Virus record (IMG/VR): IMGVR_UViG_3300030333_007852
Span: 5,328-69,327 of that record
DNA from: a virus
Reading direction: 5' to 3' (one strand)
DNA length: 64,000 nucleotides
Numbering within the stretch: the first letter of the stretch is position 1; each line of letters starts with the position of its first letter. The notes under the pieces were generated by a model, which made no database searches, was not told the DNA's origin, and was given only the letters and a program-made list of their open reading frames with translations. Shown here one piece after another: positions 45,890 through 56,007 of the stretch. The position numbers and the translations under genes were made by a program.

Positions 45890-48800
45890 TTAGAAGTTCA
45901 CGTTACCATCTGTGAAGTTACCGCAATAAGGTCCATCTCCATTTGCGTATTTTACACAAAATTGAGTACCATTGTAACCTGAATAAGAGTAAGGCACAAC
46001 TGATCTAATAGTACTGCTTACATATATGAACATTGTGTTAAGTGCAGGTGCACCGGATGCGTGATCATTAAAACTAAATACGTCACCTGCAGCTGACTGG
46101 AATGTAACACCACAAGTATTTGGGTGAGGTGATGAACCAGTACCTGTCAGTGTTTCACTAAATGTAACTGGCTGAGGTGTTCTAGTCATCGTCTGCGTAT
46201 TTGTTCTTGTTTGTGTTGGTGTCTTAGTTTGTGTTGGTGTTTGCGTTCTTGTTCTGGTGTTTGTACGCGTTTGAGTGTTTGTACGCGTTTGTGTTTGTGT
46301 TCTAGTAGGTGTTTGTGTGCTTGTTTGACTTTGAGTAGGTGTTTGAGTTCTAGTAGCACCGGCTGTTTGAGTATTGGTAGGTGTACTAGTTATAGTTTGC
46401 GATGACGTTCTTGTCTGTGTTTGTGTTTGTGTAGGCGTCTGTGTTTGTGATTTAGAAACAGATATTGTAGCTGTTTGTGATGGTGTCACTGTATTTGTAG
46501 CAGTCTGTGTAGCAGTCTGTGTGTTAGTTGGTGACGAAGATACATTAGGTGTGCATGTTGGTGTAATAGTTTGTGTGGGTGTTTGAGATCTAGTACGTGT
46601 TTGTGTAGGTGTTTCTGATCTTGTTCTAGTAGGTGTCCTAGTAATTGTAGGTGTATTAGTTGGAGTACCGCCTGGTACCGTACCTGTAGGTGAATTAGTA
46701 ACCCTTCTTGTTCTTGTATTTGTAACGGTACCTGTATGAGTAGGTGTGCAAGTTTGTGTACGGGTTCTAGTTTGAGTATAACTACGTGTTACAGTAACGT
46801 TTGGATCAGTCTGCGTTCTTGTAGGAGAAGCAGTAGGTGTGTTTGATCTTGTAGCAGTGTGTGTAGGTGTTCTAGTAGCTGTAGGTGTCGGAGGAACGCT
46901 ACCATAAGGGTAACTTACTATAACAATACCATCACCGCCACGTCCGGGTGATCCTGTTGCATCCGTTGGTACACCCCCACCACCACCACCGGTGCCATTA
47001 ATACCGTCTCTTGAACCTTCATAACTACTACCACCGCCACCGAAAGAATTGCCTATTGCTTTACCAGCTCTACCTCCTGAAGAACCACCACCAGCATACC
47101 ATACACTTTGACCAGTAATAGAAGATTGACACCCAAAACCACCTAACAAAGCATCACCGGTAGGGTAATTAACTGCTGATAAACCAGGTGTACCTGCACC
47201 ACCACCAGAGCCACCTGACCGGTTAATACCACCTGCACCACCATTGTTACCTTCACCTGGTGCACCTAGACCAACTGTACCATCACTACCAGCGCCGCCA
47301 CCTGAACCACCATTACCAGCATTTGATAAACTTGCATAACCACCGCCTTGCCCACAAATATTAACACCACTTATACAAGAAGTTGAACCAGATCCAGTGC
47401 TACCAGCTCCTACATTGATTGTATAACACGTTTCGGTATTAACATTAAATGTACCAGTAGAGAAACCACCTGCACCGCCACCGGCACCACCGTCACACCG
47501 GGTTAATGTTTGATAACATGCACTACCACCACCGCCACCACCAATTACCAAATAACAAACGTCATTTAAAGGATTTGTAGCACCTCTTTTATTAACAACA
47601 AACCCACCATTTTGACAAAATACATGAATCTTTCTGTTATTACAATGAATAATTAAATCACCGCCTTCAGCTTGCATAAACTGAAAACCAGTAGTTATCG
47701 TACTTGTGGGTGTAGGGGTGTTTGTTGAAGTTGAAGTATTACTTACAGTTTTTGATTTGGTGTTTGTAGCTGTTTTAGAATGGGTTGGTGTGTATGTGGG
47801 TGTTATAGTTCTAGTACAAGTTCTAGTAGGGGTTGTAGACTTAGTAGGTTTAGGTGCTGGAGGAACTGATATAGGGTATCTTATAATAACTCTACCTGAT
47901 CCACCCCAACCTGTTGAATAACAATCGCTACCTCTTAAACCTGAACCACCTCCACCGAAGCCATTAATACCCCATTCTCCCGCACTTTTACCTCCACCTC
48001 CATATGGGGTGCGTACCGTGCCTGAATCGCCAGATGAACCACCACCTGAATAATAACAGCAATTACCATCAATACAACTAAATTTACCAGGCCCACCAGC
48101 ATTATAATTACATTGTGTTGGATAAGGTGGGTTAAAAGTAGCCTGCCAATTATATGCTGCACCACCTGCACCTCCACCTCCGGCTGATACGTTACCGCCC
48201 GGAGAAAAACCACCCCATCCATTTCCACCCTTACATCCTTGTGATCCATGAATAGCTGTACCACCAGTGGAACCCATACCTCCACCACCGGAAGCACCAT
48301 TACCACCACCAGTTGAATAACCCCAACCACCATAACCACCACCATAGGAAGTTAATCCGAGAGCATAAGTGTTGTTACCTTGATTACCTGCTAAATTTTG
48401 TGCACATGCAACACAAATACAACATTCAGTAACACCGGTCATTAATACACTACCTTCTACAAACCCGCCGCCGCCTCCACCGCCGCCACCGGGTCTATAT
48501 TGAAACCCTGGGGGTACTGGATCAGGTGGAACAGCTCCGTGGCCACCTGGACCACCACCACCGATAAGAAGATAATCAACTGTATTTGTACAATCATTAT
48601 TACCTATTTGCCAAATGTTAAAAGTGTCGTCGTTTAAAAATGTATGAATTTTATACCACTGATGGTCAATATATCTACAGGTAATTGTACCTCCTGTAGC
48701 TTTCATAAAGATCATATCTTGAGTGGTAGTAGGTGTGTTTGTAATAGTAGATGTAGGTGAAGGGGTTTTGGTATTAGTAACTGCATGAGATCTAGTAGCA

Positions 48801-51800
48801 GTTTGGGTTGGTGTTCTGGTAGGTGAAGCTCCTTGAGTCATTGACATAGAAGGAGAAGCAGTTACAGTGCCTGTATTAGTAACTGTTCTAGTACCTGTTG
48901 GTGTATATGTAGGTGAAGGGGTGTTTGTTTTAGTTTGTGTTCTAGTTTGTGAAACTGTTCTTGTTTGTGTTCTGGTCCAAGTATGAGTTGCAGTTTGAGA
49001 AGGCGTTCTTGTATTTGTGGGTGTTTGTGTAGCACTACAGCTAATAGTTGGAGTATTAGTAGGTGTTCTTGTTTGAGTGCTAGTATGTGTTGGGGTTCTA
49101 GAACCTGAACATGTTTGAGTAGGTGTGTTTGTAGCTGTTCTTGTTTGTGTTCTCGTTCTTGTCTGGGTTCTTGTCTGGGTTCTAGAACAACTAATAGTTG
49201 GGGTTTGTGTTTTTGTTCTAGAATTTGTTGGTGTCTGAGATATCGAAACCGTAATAGTAGGGGTCTGAGATATCGATTTTGTTTGAGTAGGTGTGCGACT
49301 ACTTGTTCTTGTTCTTGAATTGGTTGGTGTTCTAGAACGTGTCGGTGTTTGAGTGCGTGTTTTAGTATGGGTAGGTGTTTGAGATTGAGTAGCTGAACAA
49401 CTTATAGTTGGTGTTTGGGTTGCCGAACAGCTGATAGTTGGTGTGTTAGTACCAGTGCAGCTGATAGTCGGTGTTTGGGTTGCTGAACAACTAATAGTTG
49501 GTGATTGAGTAGGTGTTCTTGTATATGTTGGTGTATATGTTGGTGTTCGGGTATTTGATCTAGTTTGTGTCGGTGTTTGTGTTCTTGTAGGTGTGCACGT
49601 TCTTGATCTAGTTTGTGTTTTAGTATTTGTAGCGGTTCTTGTTTGGGTGGGTGTTTGGGTTGCTGAACAACTAATAGTAGGAGATTGAGATATAGAAACT
49701 GATATAGTTTTTGTAGGTGTTCTAGTAGCAGTATGTGTAGGTGTTTGGGTTTGAGTAGATGTTTGTGTTTGTGTTTGTGTTTGTGTAGCTGTTCTAGATT
49801 GCGTTCTAGTTTGTGTTTGTGTAGGTGTCCGTGTGTTAGTTGGTGACTGAGTAATTGTTCTTGTTTGTGTAGGTGTTTGTGTAATAGATTTTGTCTGTGT
49901 TGGTGTGCGAGTTTGTGTAGCTGTTTGAGAAGGTGTGCGAGTTTGTGTAGCTGTTTGAGTAGGTGTAACTGTTTGAGTAGCTGTTTGAGAAGATGTTCTT
50001 GTCTGTGTACGACTTTTTGTAGGTGTGCTTGTTTGTGATCTAGTATTGGTGGGTGTAAAACCAGGATAACCACCCGGGTGTGGGTATTTAAGTATAACTA
50101 CACCAGGTTTACCATCGGTTTGAAAAGGACCACCACCACCGCAATTGTTATAACCGCATCCAGATGTACCAGAACCACCACCAAAACTCGAACCAACACC
50201 ACCTCCAGCATAATAAGTTGATAAACCAGTTATGTCAGAAACACAACCAATACCACCGTTACCAGCACCGTTACCGCAAATATCACCACCTTTAGCACCA
50301 GCACCACCACCGCCGCCACCTCCGGCGAACCTACCGCTAAAACATCTAGAACAACCTCCATCGTGTCCTTGACCAGCTGTACCACACCCTCCTCTTGTAT
50401 AATCAGGACTACCACCTGGTAGAAACCCAGCGCCTCCACCACCAGAGCCACCGTCTGTAGCGACACCAGTACCTGCACCTCTACCACCTCCTAATGCCGA
50501 AAAGCCGTAAAAAGATGAAGTACCTCCACTAAATTGTTCAGATAACGTATAACTACCTAAACAACCGACCTTAACATCATAACATTGTGCAGCAGTAAGA
50601 GTAAAAGTACCTGTAAGAAATCCACCAGCACCACCACCACCTGCGTTAGCTGCACCCCCACCGTGTTCTGTTTTTAGACCACCAGCACCACCACCACCCA
50701 CAACAAGATAGGTTATAATATTAGAAGCTGCAGTATTTGCTAATGTTCCTACATTAAAGCAATCATCTGTTGTAAATACGTGGATTTTATAACCGTTACA
50801 ATTATAAATGTTTGATCCTCCAGCAGCACCAATATAAACAGCATTATTAGTAGAAGTAACTGTCGATGAATTAGTAGCGGTAGGTGTAGATGTTTGGGTA
50901 GGTGTTTGAGTCTGAGTAGGTGTTTGAGTGCCTGTTTGTGATGGGGTAGGAGATTGTGTTCTTGTTTGGGTTCTTGTTCTTGTTTGGGTTCTTGTCTCGG
51001 TATGTGTGGCTGTCTGCGTTCTTGTTCTTGTTTGTGTTCTTGTCTGAGTAGAGGATCTTGTTTGTGTAGGTGTACCGGTTTGAGTACCAGTCTGGGTAGG
51101 TGTTTGGGTTTGAGTTGGTGATGGTGTTGGTGTTGATGTAGCCGAAGCACCTTGTGTAGGAGAAACTGACCTAGTGCGGGTATAGGTAGGTGTACCTGTT
51201 TGAGTACCTGTTGGTGTGACTGTGCTAGTTGGTGTTGGGGTAGTACCACTAGTAGACGTAGCAGTATTTGTCGGTGTCTGGGTTTGTGTTGGTGTAGCGG
51301 GTACAGATGTACCTGTTGGTGTGACTGTACTAGTTGGAGTCTGGGTTGATGAACAACTAATAGTAGGTGTTTGTGTAGCTGTTCTTGTATTAGTTGGTGT
51401 TTGAGATTCGGTAAATAGTCTTGTCTTAGAAGGTGTTTTAGTAGGTGTATTTCTAGGAGTACCGGTTTGTGTAGCTGTTTGAGAAGGTGTAGGTGTGGGT
51501 GATTGACCTTGTGTACCGGACTGAGTAATACTGCTTGTTTGGGTAGGTGTAGCAGTAGGTGAAAGAGATTTGTTTTTAGTAACCGTACTTGTAGGTGTAA
51601 CAGTTGCGGTAGCAGTAAAGTTTTGAGTTTTAGTTGCGGTGCGAGTAGGTGTTCTAGAAACTAATCGAGATTGTATATAAAATGGATTTTCGCGAATTGT
51701 AGGAAACGATATATAACCACCAGGGTTGGTTATTATAAAATAAAATTCACCAGTAGATTTGTTTTTAAGACTACCTAAACCAAGCTTTATAGAATTTCTA

Positions 51801-52117
51801 GTAGGATCAAAATTTACTTCACAACCTAAATCTCTAGCATTATAGCCACTAAATGCAGGATATGTAGAAGATAAACTTGATTCTCCAAACATATCTACCG
51901 AACTTAAATTAACACTAGAAAGATCACCAGAAACAAAACTACTAAAATCTGATGCACTTAAATAGACCTGATAAGAAGATTGCTCACCTAATGTATTACC
52001 TGCATTAGGGCGAGCTTGCGGTATAACAAATTCAAAAACCTTTTGAAACTCATTAAAAATGATTTTGTCACTGTTATTAGGATTAAAATATATTCTATTT
52101 GATCTTCTTCTTGGCAT
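45890..52117 (-). CDS. 2075-aa virion appendage protein: three glycine-rich domains separated by mucin-like Thr tracts
   Basis: three YKIHVF...YLVVGGGG...GGGAGGF...YAGGG...GVVILKY-type domains; four Thr-rich tracts. Confidence 0.8.
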   Translation of the reverse strand: MPRRRSNRIYFNPNNSDKIIFNEFQKVFEFVIPQARPNAGNTLGEQSSYQVYLSASDFSSFVSGDLSSVNLSSVDMFGESSLSSTYPAFSGYNARDLGCEVNFDPTRNSIKLGLGSLKNKSTGEFYFIITNPGGYISFPTIRENPFYIQSRLVSRTPTRTATKTQNFTATATVTPTSTVTKNKSLSPTATPTQTSSITQSGTQGQSPTPTPSQTATQTGTPRNTPTKTPSKTRLFTESQTPTNTRTATQTPTISCSSTQTPTSTVTPTGTSVPATPTQTQTPTNTATSTSGTTPTPTSTVTPTGTQTGTPTYTRTRSVSPTQGASATSTPTPSPTQTQTPTQTGTQTGTPTQTRSSTQTRTQTRTRTQTATHTETRTQTRTRTQTRTQSPTPSQTGTQTPTQTQTPTQTSTPTATNSSTVTSTNNAVYIGAAGGSNIYNCNGYKIHVFTTDDCFNVGTLANTAASNIITYLVVGGGGAGGLKTEHGGGAANAGGGGAGGFLTGTFTLTAAQCYDVKVGCLGSYTLSEQFSGGTSSFYGFSALGGGRGAGTGVATDGGSGGGGAGFLPGGSPDYTRGGCGTAGQGHDGGCSRCFSGRFAGGGGGGGAGAKGGDICGNGAGNGGIGCVSDITGLSTYYAGGGVGSSFGGGSGTSGCGYNNCGGGGPFQTDGKPGVVILKYPHPGGYPGFTPTNTRSQTSTPTKSRTQTRTSSQTATQTVTPTQTATQTRTPSQTATQTRTPTQTKSITQTPTQTRTITQSPTNTRTPTQTQTRTQSRTATQTQTQTQTSTQTQTPTHTATRTPTKTISVSISQSPTISCSATQTPTQTRTATNTKTQTRSRTCTPTRTQTPTQTRSNTRTPTYTPTYTRTPTQSPTISCSATQTPTISCTGTNTPTISCSATQTPTISCSATQSQTPTHTKTRTQTPTRSRTPTNSRTRTSSRTPTQTKSISQTPTITVSISQTPTNSRTKTQTPTISCSRTQTRTQTRTRTQTRTATNTPTQTCSGSRTPTHTSTQTRTPTNTPTISCSATQTPTNTRTPSQTATHTWTRTQTRTVSQTRTQTKTNTPSPTYTPTGTRTVTNTGTVTASPSMSMTQGASPTRTPTQTATRSHAVTNTKTPSPTSTITNTPTTTQDMIFMKATGGTITCRYIDHQWYKIHTFLNDDTFNIWQIGNNDCTNTVDYLLIGGGGPGGHGAVPPDPVPPGFQYRPGGGGGGGGGFVEGSVLMTGVTECCICVACAQNLAGNQGNNTYALGLTSYGGGYGGWGYSTGGGNGASGGGGMGSTGGTAIHGSQGCKGGNGWGGFSPGGNVSAGGGGAGGAAYNWQATFNPPYPTQCNYNAGGPGKFSCIDGNCCYYSGGGSSGDSGTVRTPYGGGGKSAGEWGINGFGGGGSGLRGSDCYSTGWGGSGRVIIRYPISVPPAPKPTKSTTPTRTCTRTITPTYTPTHSKTATNTKSKTVSNTSTSTNTPTPTSTITTGFQFMQAEGGDLIIHCNNRKIHVFCQNGGFVVNKRGATNPLNDVCYLVIGGGGGGSACYQTLTRCDGGAGGGAGGFSTGTFNVNTETCYTINVGAGSTGSGSTSCISGVNICGQGGGYASLSNAGNGGSGGGAGSDGTVGLGAPGEGNNGGAGGINRSGGSGGGAGTPGLSAVNYPTGDALLGGFGCQSSITGQSVWYAGGGSSGGRAGKAIGNSFGGGGSSYEGSRDGINGTGGGGGGVPTDATGSPGRGGDGIVIVSYPYGSVPPTPTATRTPTHTATRSNTPTASPTRTQTDPNVTVTRSYTQTRTRTQTCTPTHTGTVTNTRTRRVTNSPTGTVPGGTPTNTPTITRTPTRTRSETPTQTRTRSQTPTQTITPTCTPNVSSSPTNTQTATQTATNTVTPSQTATISVSKSQTQTPTQTQTQTRTSSQTITSTPTNTQTAGATRTQTPTQSQTSTQTPTRTQTQTRTNTQTRTNTRTRTQTPTQTKTPTQTRTNTQTMTRTPQPVTFSETLTGTGSSPHPNTCGVTFQSAAGDVFSFNDHASGAPALNTMFIYVSSTIRSVVPYSYSGYNGTQFCVKYANGDGPYCGNFTDGNVNF

Positions 52118-52914
52118 TATTGTGTTAAAATATAAGTTTGAATTTCATTCGACGTAGCCGATACAGAAACCGTTTCTGTAATTGCCGATAACCCAGATAA
52201 CTGAGTTTGTAGTGATGGGTAATTATCAAGTGTTAAGACAGTACCTGTATTTTCTGTACCACTAACAGCATAAAAGTTAGAATCTACTTTATAGATATTT
52301 GATACATCATCTTGAGCAACAGGAAATATCCAACCTTTAATAGTAAAATTGGTATCAGCTACTACTCTAGCTTTATCTGATGCAGCTAATTCTGTAGGAT
52401 AGTCCATACTAATATCACCACTCCAAAGAACTTCGCTTCTAATTTCTTGTTTTTCTGACAATCCAGCTAATCCTGGTGGAACGGGCCAGCTTATTATAAT
52501 GTATGGGTTATTATAAGGTACAAAATTAGATATAATTTGATCCATATCTAATTGATAACGAGTTATAACAGTAAAACTTATATCTATATTAACTGGTGTT
52601 GGGGCATTATACTTATTTGAAACTTGATTGTTAGTATAATAAAAACTATTAACATCAGGTAGTTTATTGAAAACTCTGTTAACATCTCTAGAGATGTTGT
52701 TAATATTAATTGCAACTACAGGTAGAGTTATAGTTTTAGCTTTGTTGACAATATCATATAATACTCTTTGTTTAGGTGCATATAAATACCTAACAAAAAT
52801 TCTATCTTTCTGTTCTCGGTTTTTATTATATCTACCGATTACGATACTATCAAAAGCATTAGCAAACTGAATAACAAGGTCTTGTATTTCAAAGTATGTT
52901 GACCTGTAACGCAT
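52117..52914 (-). CDS. tail sheath stabilizer/terminator, T4 gp15-like
   Basis: YAPKQR, TLPVVA, PTPVNI, DMDQIISNFVPY and FTIKGWIF motifs. Confidence 0.85.
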   Translation of the reverse strand: MRYRSTYFEIQDLVIQFANAFDSIVIGRYNKNREQKDRIFVRYLYAPKQRVLYDIVNKAKTITLPVVAININNISRDVNRVFNKLPDVNSFYYTNNQVSNKYNAPTPVNIDISFTVITRYQLDMDQIISNFVPYNNPYIIISWPVPPGLAGLSEKQEIRSEVLWSGDISMDYPTELAASDKARVVADTNFTIKGWIFPVAQDDVSNIYKVDSNFYAVSGTENTGTVLTLDNYPSLQTQLSGLSAITETVSVSATSNEIQTYILTQ

Positions 52915-52927
52915 TCAAAATATTTAT

Positions 52928-54556
52928 TCATTTTAATCGTTCAATAAAATGTTTAGGTAATTTATCTTTGTTATCCAATAACAATTTACGAGCTTTACCA
53001 TCAATCACATATGTTACCGAATAATCCGCTTTAGATCTAGTGCACCTACCTGTAGTTTGAATGAATGCGCTTAGAGTTTTTTGTTGATACCAATCCGGGT
53101 CCATGTCAGCCATTTTTTTGATACGTTTATTGCCTAGTGGTGGGTATGGTGTTTTAACAATAATTTGAAATCTGCCTTTATCTCCATTTAAATCGGTACC
53201 AAATGAAAGTGATGGTGATACCAATACGGTAGGTTTATCAGTGCTATAATGCTGCTCTAATAGTTTTTCATTGTTAGCAGCTTCTTCTCTAAAGAGAAAT
53301 CTATCACCTTTTAACCGAGATTGAAGATATTTACATATCTCTAATGAATGAGTATGTATAATACCCTTTTCATTAGGATGATTATCTGCTATAGCTTGAC
53401 AATATCTAGCTATTTTAGGTAAGTTTTGTTGTAAATTACTATAATTTAATACCGGTTCCTTCATCATCATAATAGGAGACTTACCGGGATCAAATGCTGA
53501 TGGTGTTTCGATATATTTGTATCTTTTAATACCTAATGTTTTAGCATATGATTCATGATCTGTAATCGTCGCTGACATTAGAAGAATGTTATCACCATAA
53601 TCAAATAGACTGCTAGCAAGATTGTTTACTTTCAAAGGTGTAAAATTGACACCATTCTTTGTAAAATCGACAATATACTCACATTTATGCCATGTTTGTT
53701 CAACTGTAGTTAGATTACCGTGGAGATTACGGAGATACTTTAATCTAGCTGCTTCTGGCTGAGATAATGTCATTATCTTATTATTATTTTTACTTGTGAG
53801 AGACTCAATTGTCTCAGTGATATTGAATATTAAATTTGCTAACCATCTATATTGAACATCATACTTATCAGATTTCAAAATAGAGTGTTCAACATTATTC
53901 AAATTAAGCCTTGGATAGTCAATATGTGCACTAAAGCGTCTTACCAGCTCTTCTTCAAGCTCAGATGCCTCATCACAAACAAGAAAGTTTTTACGTTTAA
54001 CATGACCAGGTAAACTCAAAAACATTTTATAATTCAATACTGCAAATTGACTAGTTAATGCAAAATTACGATTATTATAATAGTTGCAACATCCTTTAGC
54101 CCAACAATCGTTTTTAAGATTTTTAGTATACGTGCACGGTGCAGTATCTACATCAAATGAGTCATCAATATCACAAAGATAATTTTGTTTACCTTTTAAT
54201 AAATCGATATCGTCGAAAAGTTTTTTGTATTGATCTTGAAGCTGTTTAGTAATTGTAAGAGCAAATGTACCGAACGAAGGTTCAGCTAAACATTCTGCTT
54301 CATTAGTAAAATTACCAGCAAAGTCTTGAGAATATGCTGCGTATGAATTAACTAGTTCTTTAAATTCTGAGGTAGGTCGTGCACTAACATTACCAAGAGT
54401 TCTAGGTACAAAACTTTTACCTGTACCTGTAGGTGCTGATGCAATGACAAATCGATAACCATCATTAAACGCTTGCTCAATTTCTTTAATGAGCTTTACT
54501 TGAGCATCAGACGGATTATAACCGTATGGAAACTTACTCAGATACTTACTAAACAT
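52928..54556 (-). CDS. DinG/XPD-family helicase
   Basis: APTGTGKS, DEAS, MSAT, QTTGRCTRS; Cys cluster after KGKQNY. Confidence 0.88.
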   Translation of the reverse strand: MFSKYLSKFPYGYNPSDAQVKLIKEIEQAFNDGYRFVIASAPTGTGKSFVPRTLGNVSARPTSEFKELVNSYAAYSQDFAGNFTNEAECLAEPSFGTFALTITKQLQDQYKKLFDDIDLLKGKQNYLCDIDDSFDVDTAPCTYTKNLKNDCWAKGCCNYYNNRNFALTSQFAVLNYKMFLSLPGHVKRKNFLVCDEASELEEELVRRFSAHIDYPRLNLNNVEHSILKSDKYDVQYRWLANLIFNITETIESLTSKNNNKIMTLSQPEAARLKYLRNLHGNLTTVEQTWHKCEYIVDFTKNGVNFTPLKVNNLASSLFDYGDNILLMSATITDHESYAKTLGIKRYKYIETPSAFDPGKSPIMMMKEPVLNYSNLQQNLPKIARYCQAIADNHPNEKGIIHTHSLEICKYLQSRLKGDRFLFREEAANNEKLLEQHYSTDKPTVLVSPSLSFGTDLNGDKGRFQIIVKTPYPPLGNKRIKKMADMDPDWYQQKTLSAFIQTTGRCTRSKADYSVTYVIDGKARKLLLDNKDKLPKHFIERLK

Positions 54557-54559
54557 ATA

Positions 54560-54862
54560 TTATGAGTATATGTTATCGACCATAGAATTAAAGTCAGAAG
54601 ATTTTGTATGAAGAGTAACGTCTTCAACTTGATGTTGACTTAATATTTGAAGTCTTTCGGGATCAGCATTTCTTAAGACACAACGACACATATCATAATG
54701 ACCTGATTCCACGTTTCTATGAATATACCCACGACCATGGCATTTTTTGCAACTACTTTTAGGTAGGTCAGAAATTTCAAGCTGACCACAATCTAAATTT
54801 TTTGAGTACTCTTCTTCTAACTCATAAACAGCGCCCGTGAATATACTAATAAATTTTTTCAT
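54560..54862 (-). CDS. Zn-finger hypothetical protein
   Basis: CKKCHGRGY...CRC. Confidence 0.6.
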   Translation of the reverse strand: MKKFISIFTGAVYELEEEYSKNLDCGQLEISDLPKSSCKKCHGRGYIHRNVESGHYDMCRCVLRNADPERLQILSQHQVEDVTLHTKSSDFNSMVDNIYS

Positions 54863-55206
54863 ACTTTTACCATTTTCATATGCACATCATAAAATTTAGA
54901 ATTTTTCTTAGATTTAAAATTCTTAGCTTTTACAAAATTAACCATATCATGATGAACTAAGGTATTTAACTTATAATCAAATAAAATGTGATTTGTTTTC
55001 TTTTTCAAACCGTAAGGATAAGGTACATCAAAATTTCTAATGCCTCCTTTTGGTACTTGTAATTGAAAAATTATAAAAAAATCTTTTATTGACATATTAA
55101 TTAATTTACCCCTTTTTATGACCTTTTCGTTTATTACAAAATTTACATCACTAAGAAAAAACTCCTTGAAATTATCTTCTATTTCTTCTATAAATTTAAT
55201 TATCAT
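54859..55206 (-). CDS. hypothetical protein
   Basis: ORF in operon. Confidence 0.6.
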   Translation of the reverse strand: MIIKFIEEIEDNFKEFFLSDVNFVINEKVIKRGKLINMSIKDFFIIFQLQVPKGGIRNFDVPYPYGLKKKTNHILFDYKLNTLVHHDMVNFVKAKNFKSKKNSKFYDVHMKMVKV

Positions 55207-55583
55207 GTATTTTGGAAATTAATTTTCTGCTCTGTAGTCAATGTCTGTAGATTAGCTACAAAATATTCCCAGAACTCGTCATTTGCAGGTATTGTTCTTA
55301 CTAACTCGACTCCATTAGTACAATTAATCTGTCTATAATTTTGCATAAAAATATCCCACGTTATAATTAAATCTTTGATGCTTGGATCATAATTAGGTAA
55401 TCTTGCTGTTGGTCTATAATTAAGAGTTAATCTACCGTTTTCGCTATTAAGTAATGCAAAGTTATTAGTACATAGCATTCGTCTGGTTGGAGGTTGACCT
55501 TGAACAGGAACACGTCTGTTAAATTTTACCTCACAAACATTTTCTTTAAGTATATTAACAAGTTGTCCTCTACTAACTAGCAT
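55203..55583 (-). CDS. WYL_2/DUF2693 SH3-fold phage protein
   Basis: LKENVCEVKF...RRMLCT...TWDI...YRQI pattern. Confidence 0.65.
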   Translation of the reverse strand: MLVSRGQLVNILKENVCEVKFNRRVPVQGQPPTRRMLCTNNFALLNSENGRLTLNYRPTARLPNYDPSIKDLIITWDIFMQNYRQINCTNGVELVRTIPANDEFWEYFVANLQTLTTEQKINFQNT

Positions 55584-55983
55584 TGGGTTTAACTATACCA
55601 AAAATTCTAGCTTCGTTTAGAAAAAGACCTTTTTTGACTTTACCGATACCGTCAACGTCAATATTGTGAATTGGTATACCCAAGTTATTAGGGAACATAA
55701 CATGACTACCAACCTCAACATATTCGGTTTTTGTGCCTTTAAGTAAAACTTTTCCTATACGCCATGCTTTCGTGTCCGCATTTAATGGAATAAAAATACC
55801 GTTTCTGTTGAGTGCTGTACCGTCTTCATTTTCATCTACATACTCTACTAAAATGACATCTTCCATCAACGTATTAAGAGCGTACCCCATCAAAGTTGAA
55901 TCAAAACCTTGAGTAGGGTCGGATAAGTCGATAAGACTCTTTTTTGGTGTTAATAAGTCAATACTTTTTTCTGCCTGTGACAT
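55573..55983 (-). CDS. GroES-like co-chaperonin (gp31-like)
   Basis: DVILVE...GIFIP...GKVLLKG...VEVGSHVMF...LNEARIFGIV. Confidence 0.75.
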   Translation of the reverse strand: MSQAEKSIDLLTPKKSLIDLSDPTQGFDSTLMGYALNTLMEDVILVEYVDENEDGTALNRNGIFIPLNADTKAWRIGKVLLKGTKTEYVEVGSHVMFPNNLGIPIHNIDVDGIGKVKKGLFLNEARIFGIVKPNAS

Positions 55984-56007
55984 GTAAAGACTTATAAAGG
56001 GTTTGTA

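Noticed and set aside
48715-50060. Periodic DNA repeats resembling a CRISPR or satellite array
   Set aside because: Periods are multiples of 3, degenerate at third positions, inside one ORF, with no unique spacers and no cas genes.
43544-51404. Many alternative-frame ORFs (Val/Gly/Cys-rich on +, His/Leu/Gln/Lys-rich on -)
   Set aside because: Shadows of low-complexity Thr and Gly codon runs, which lack stops in other frames; no promoters or family motifs.
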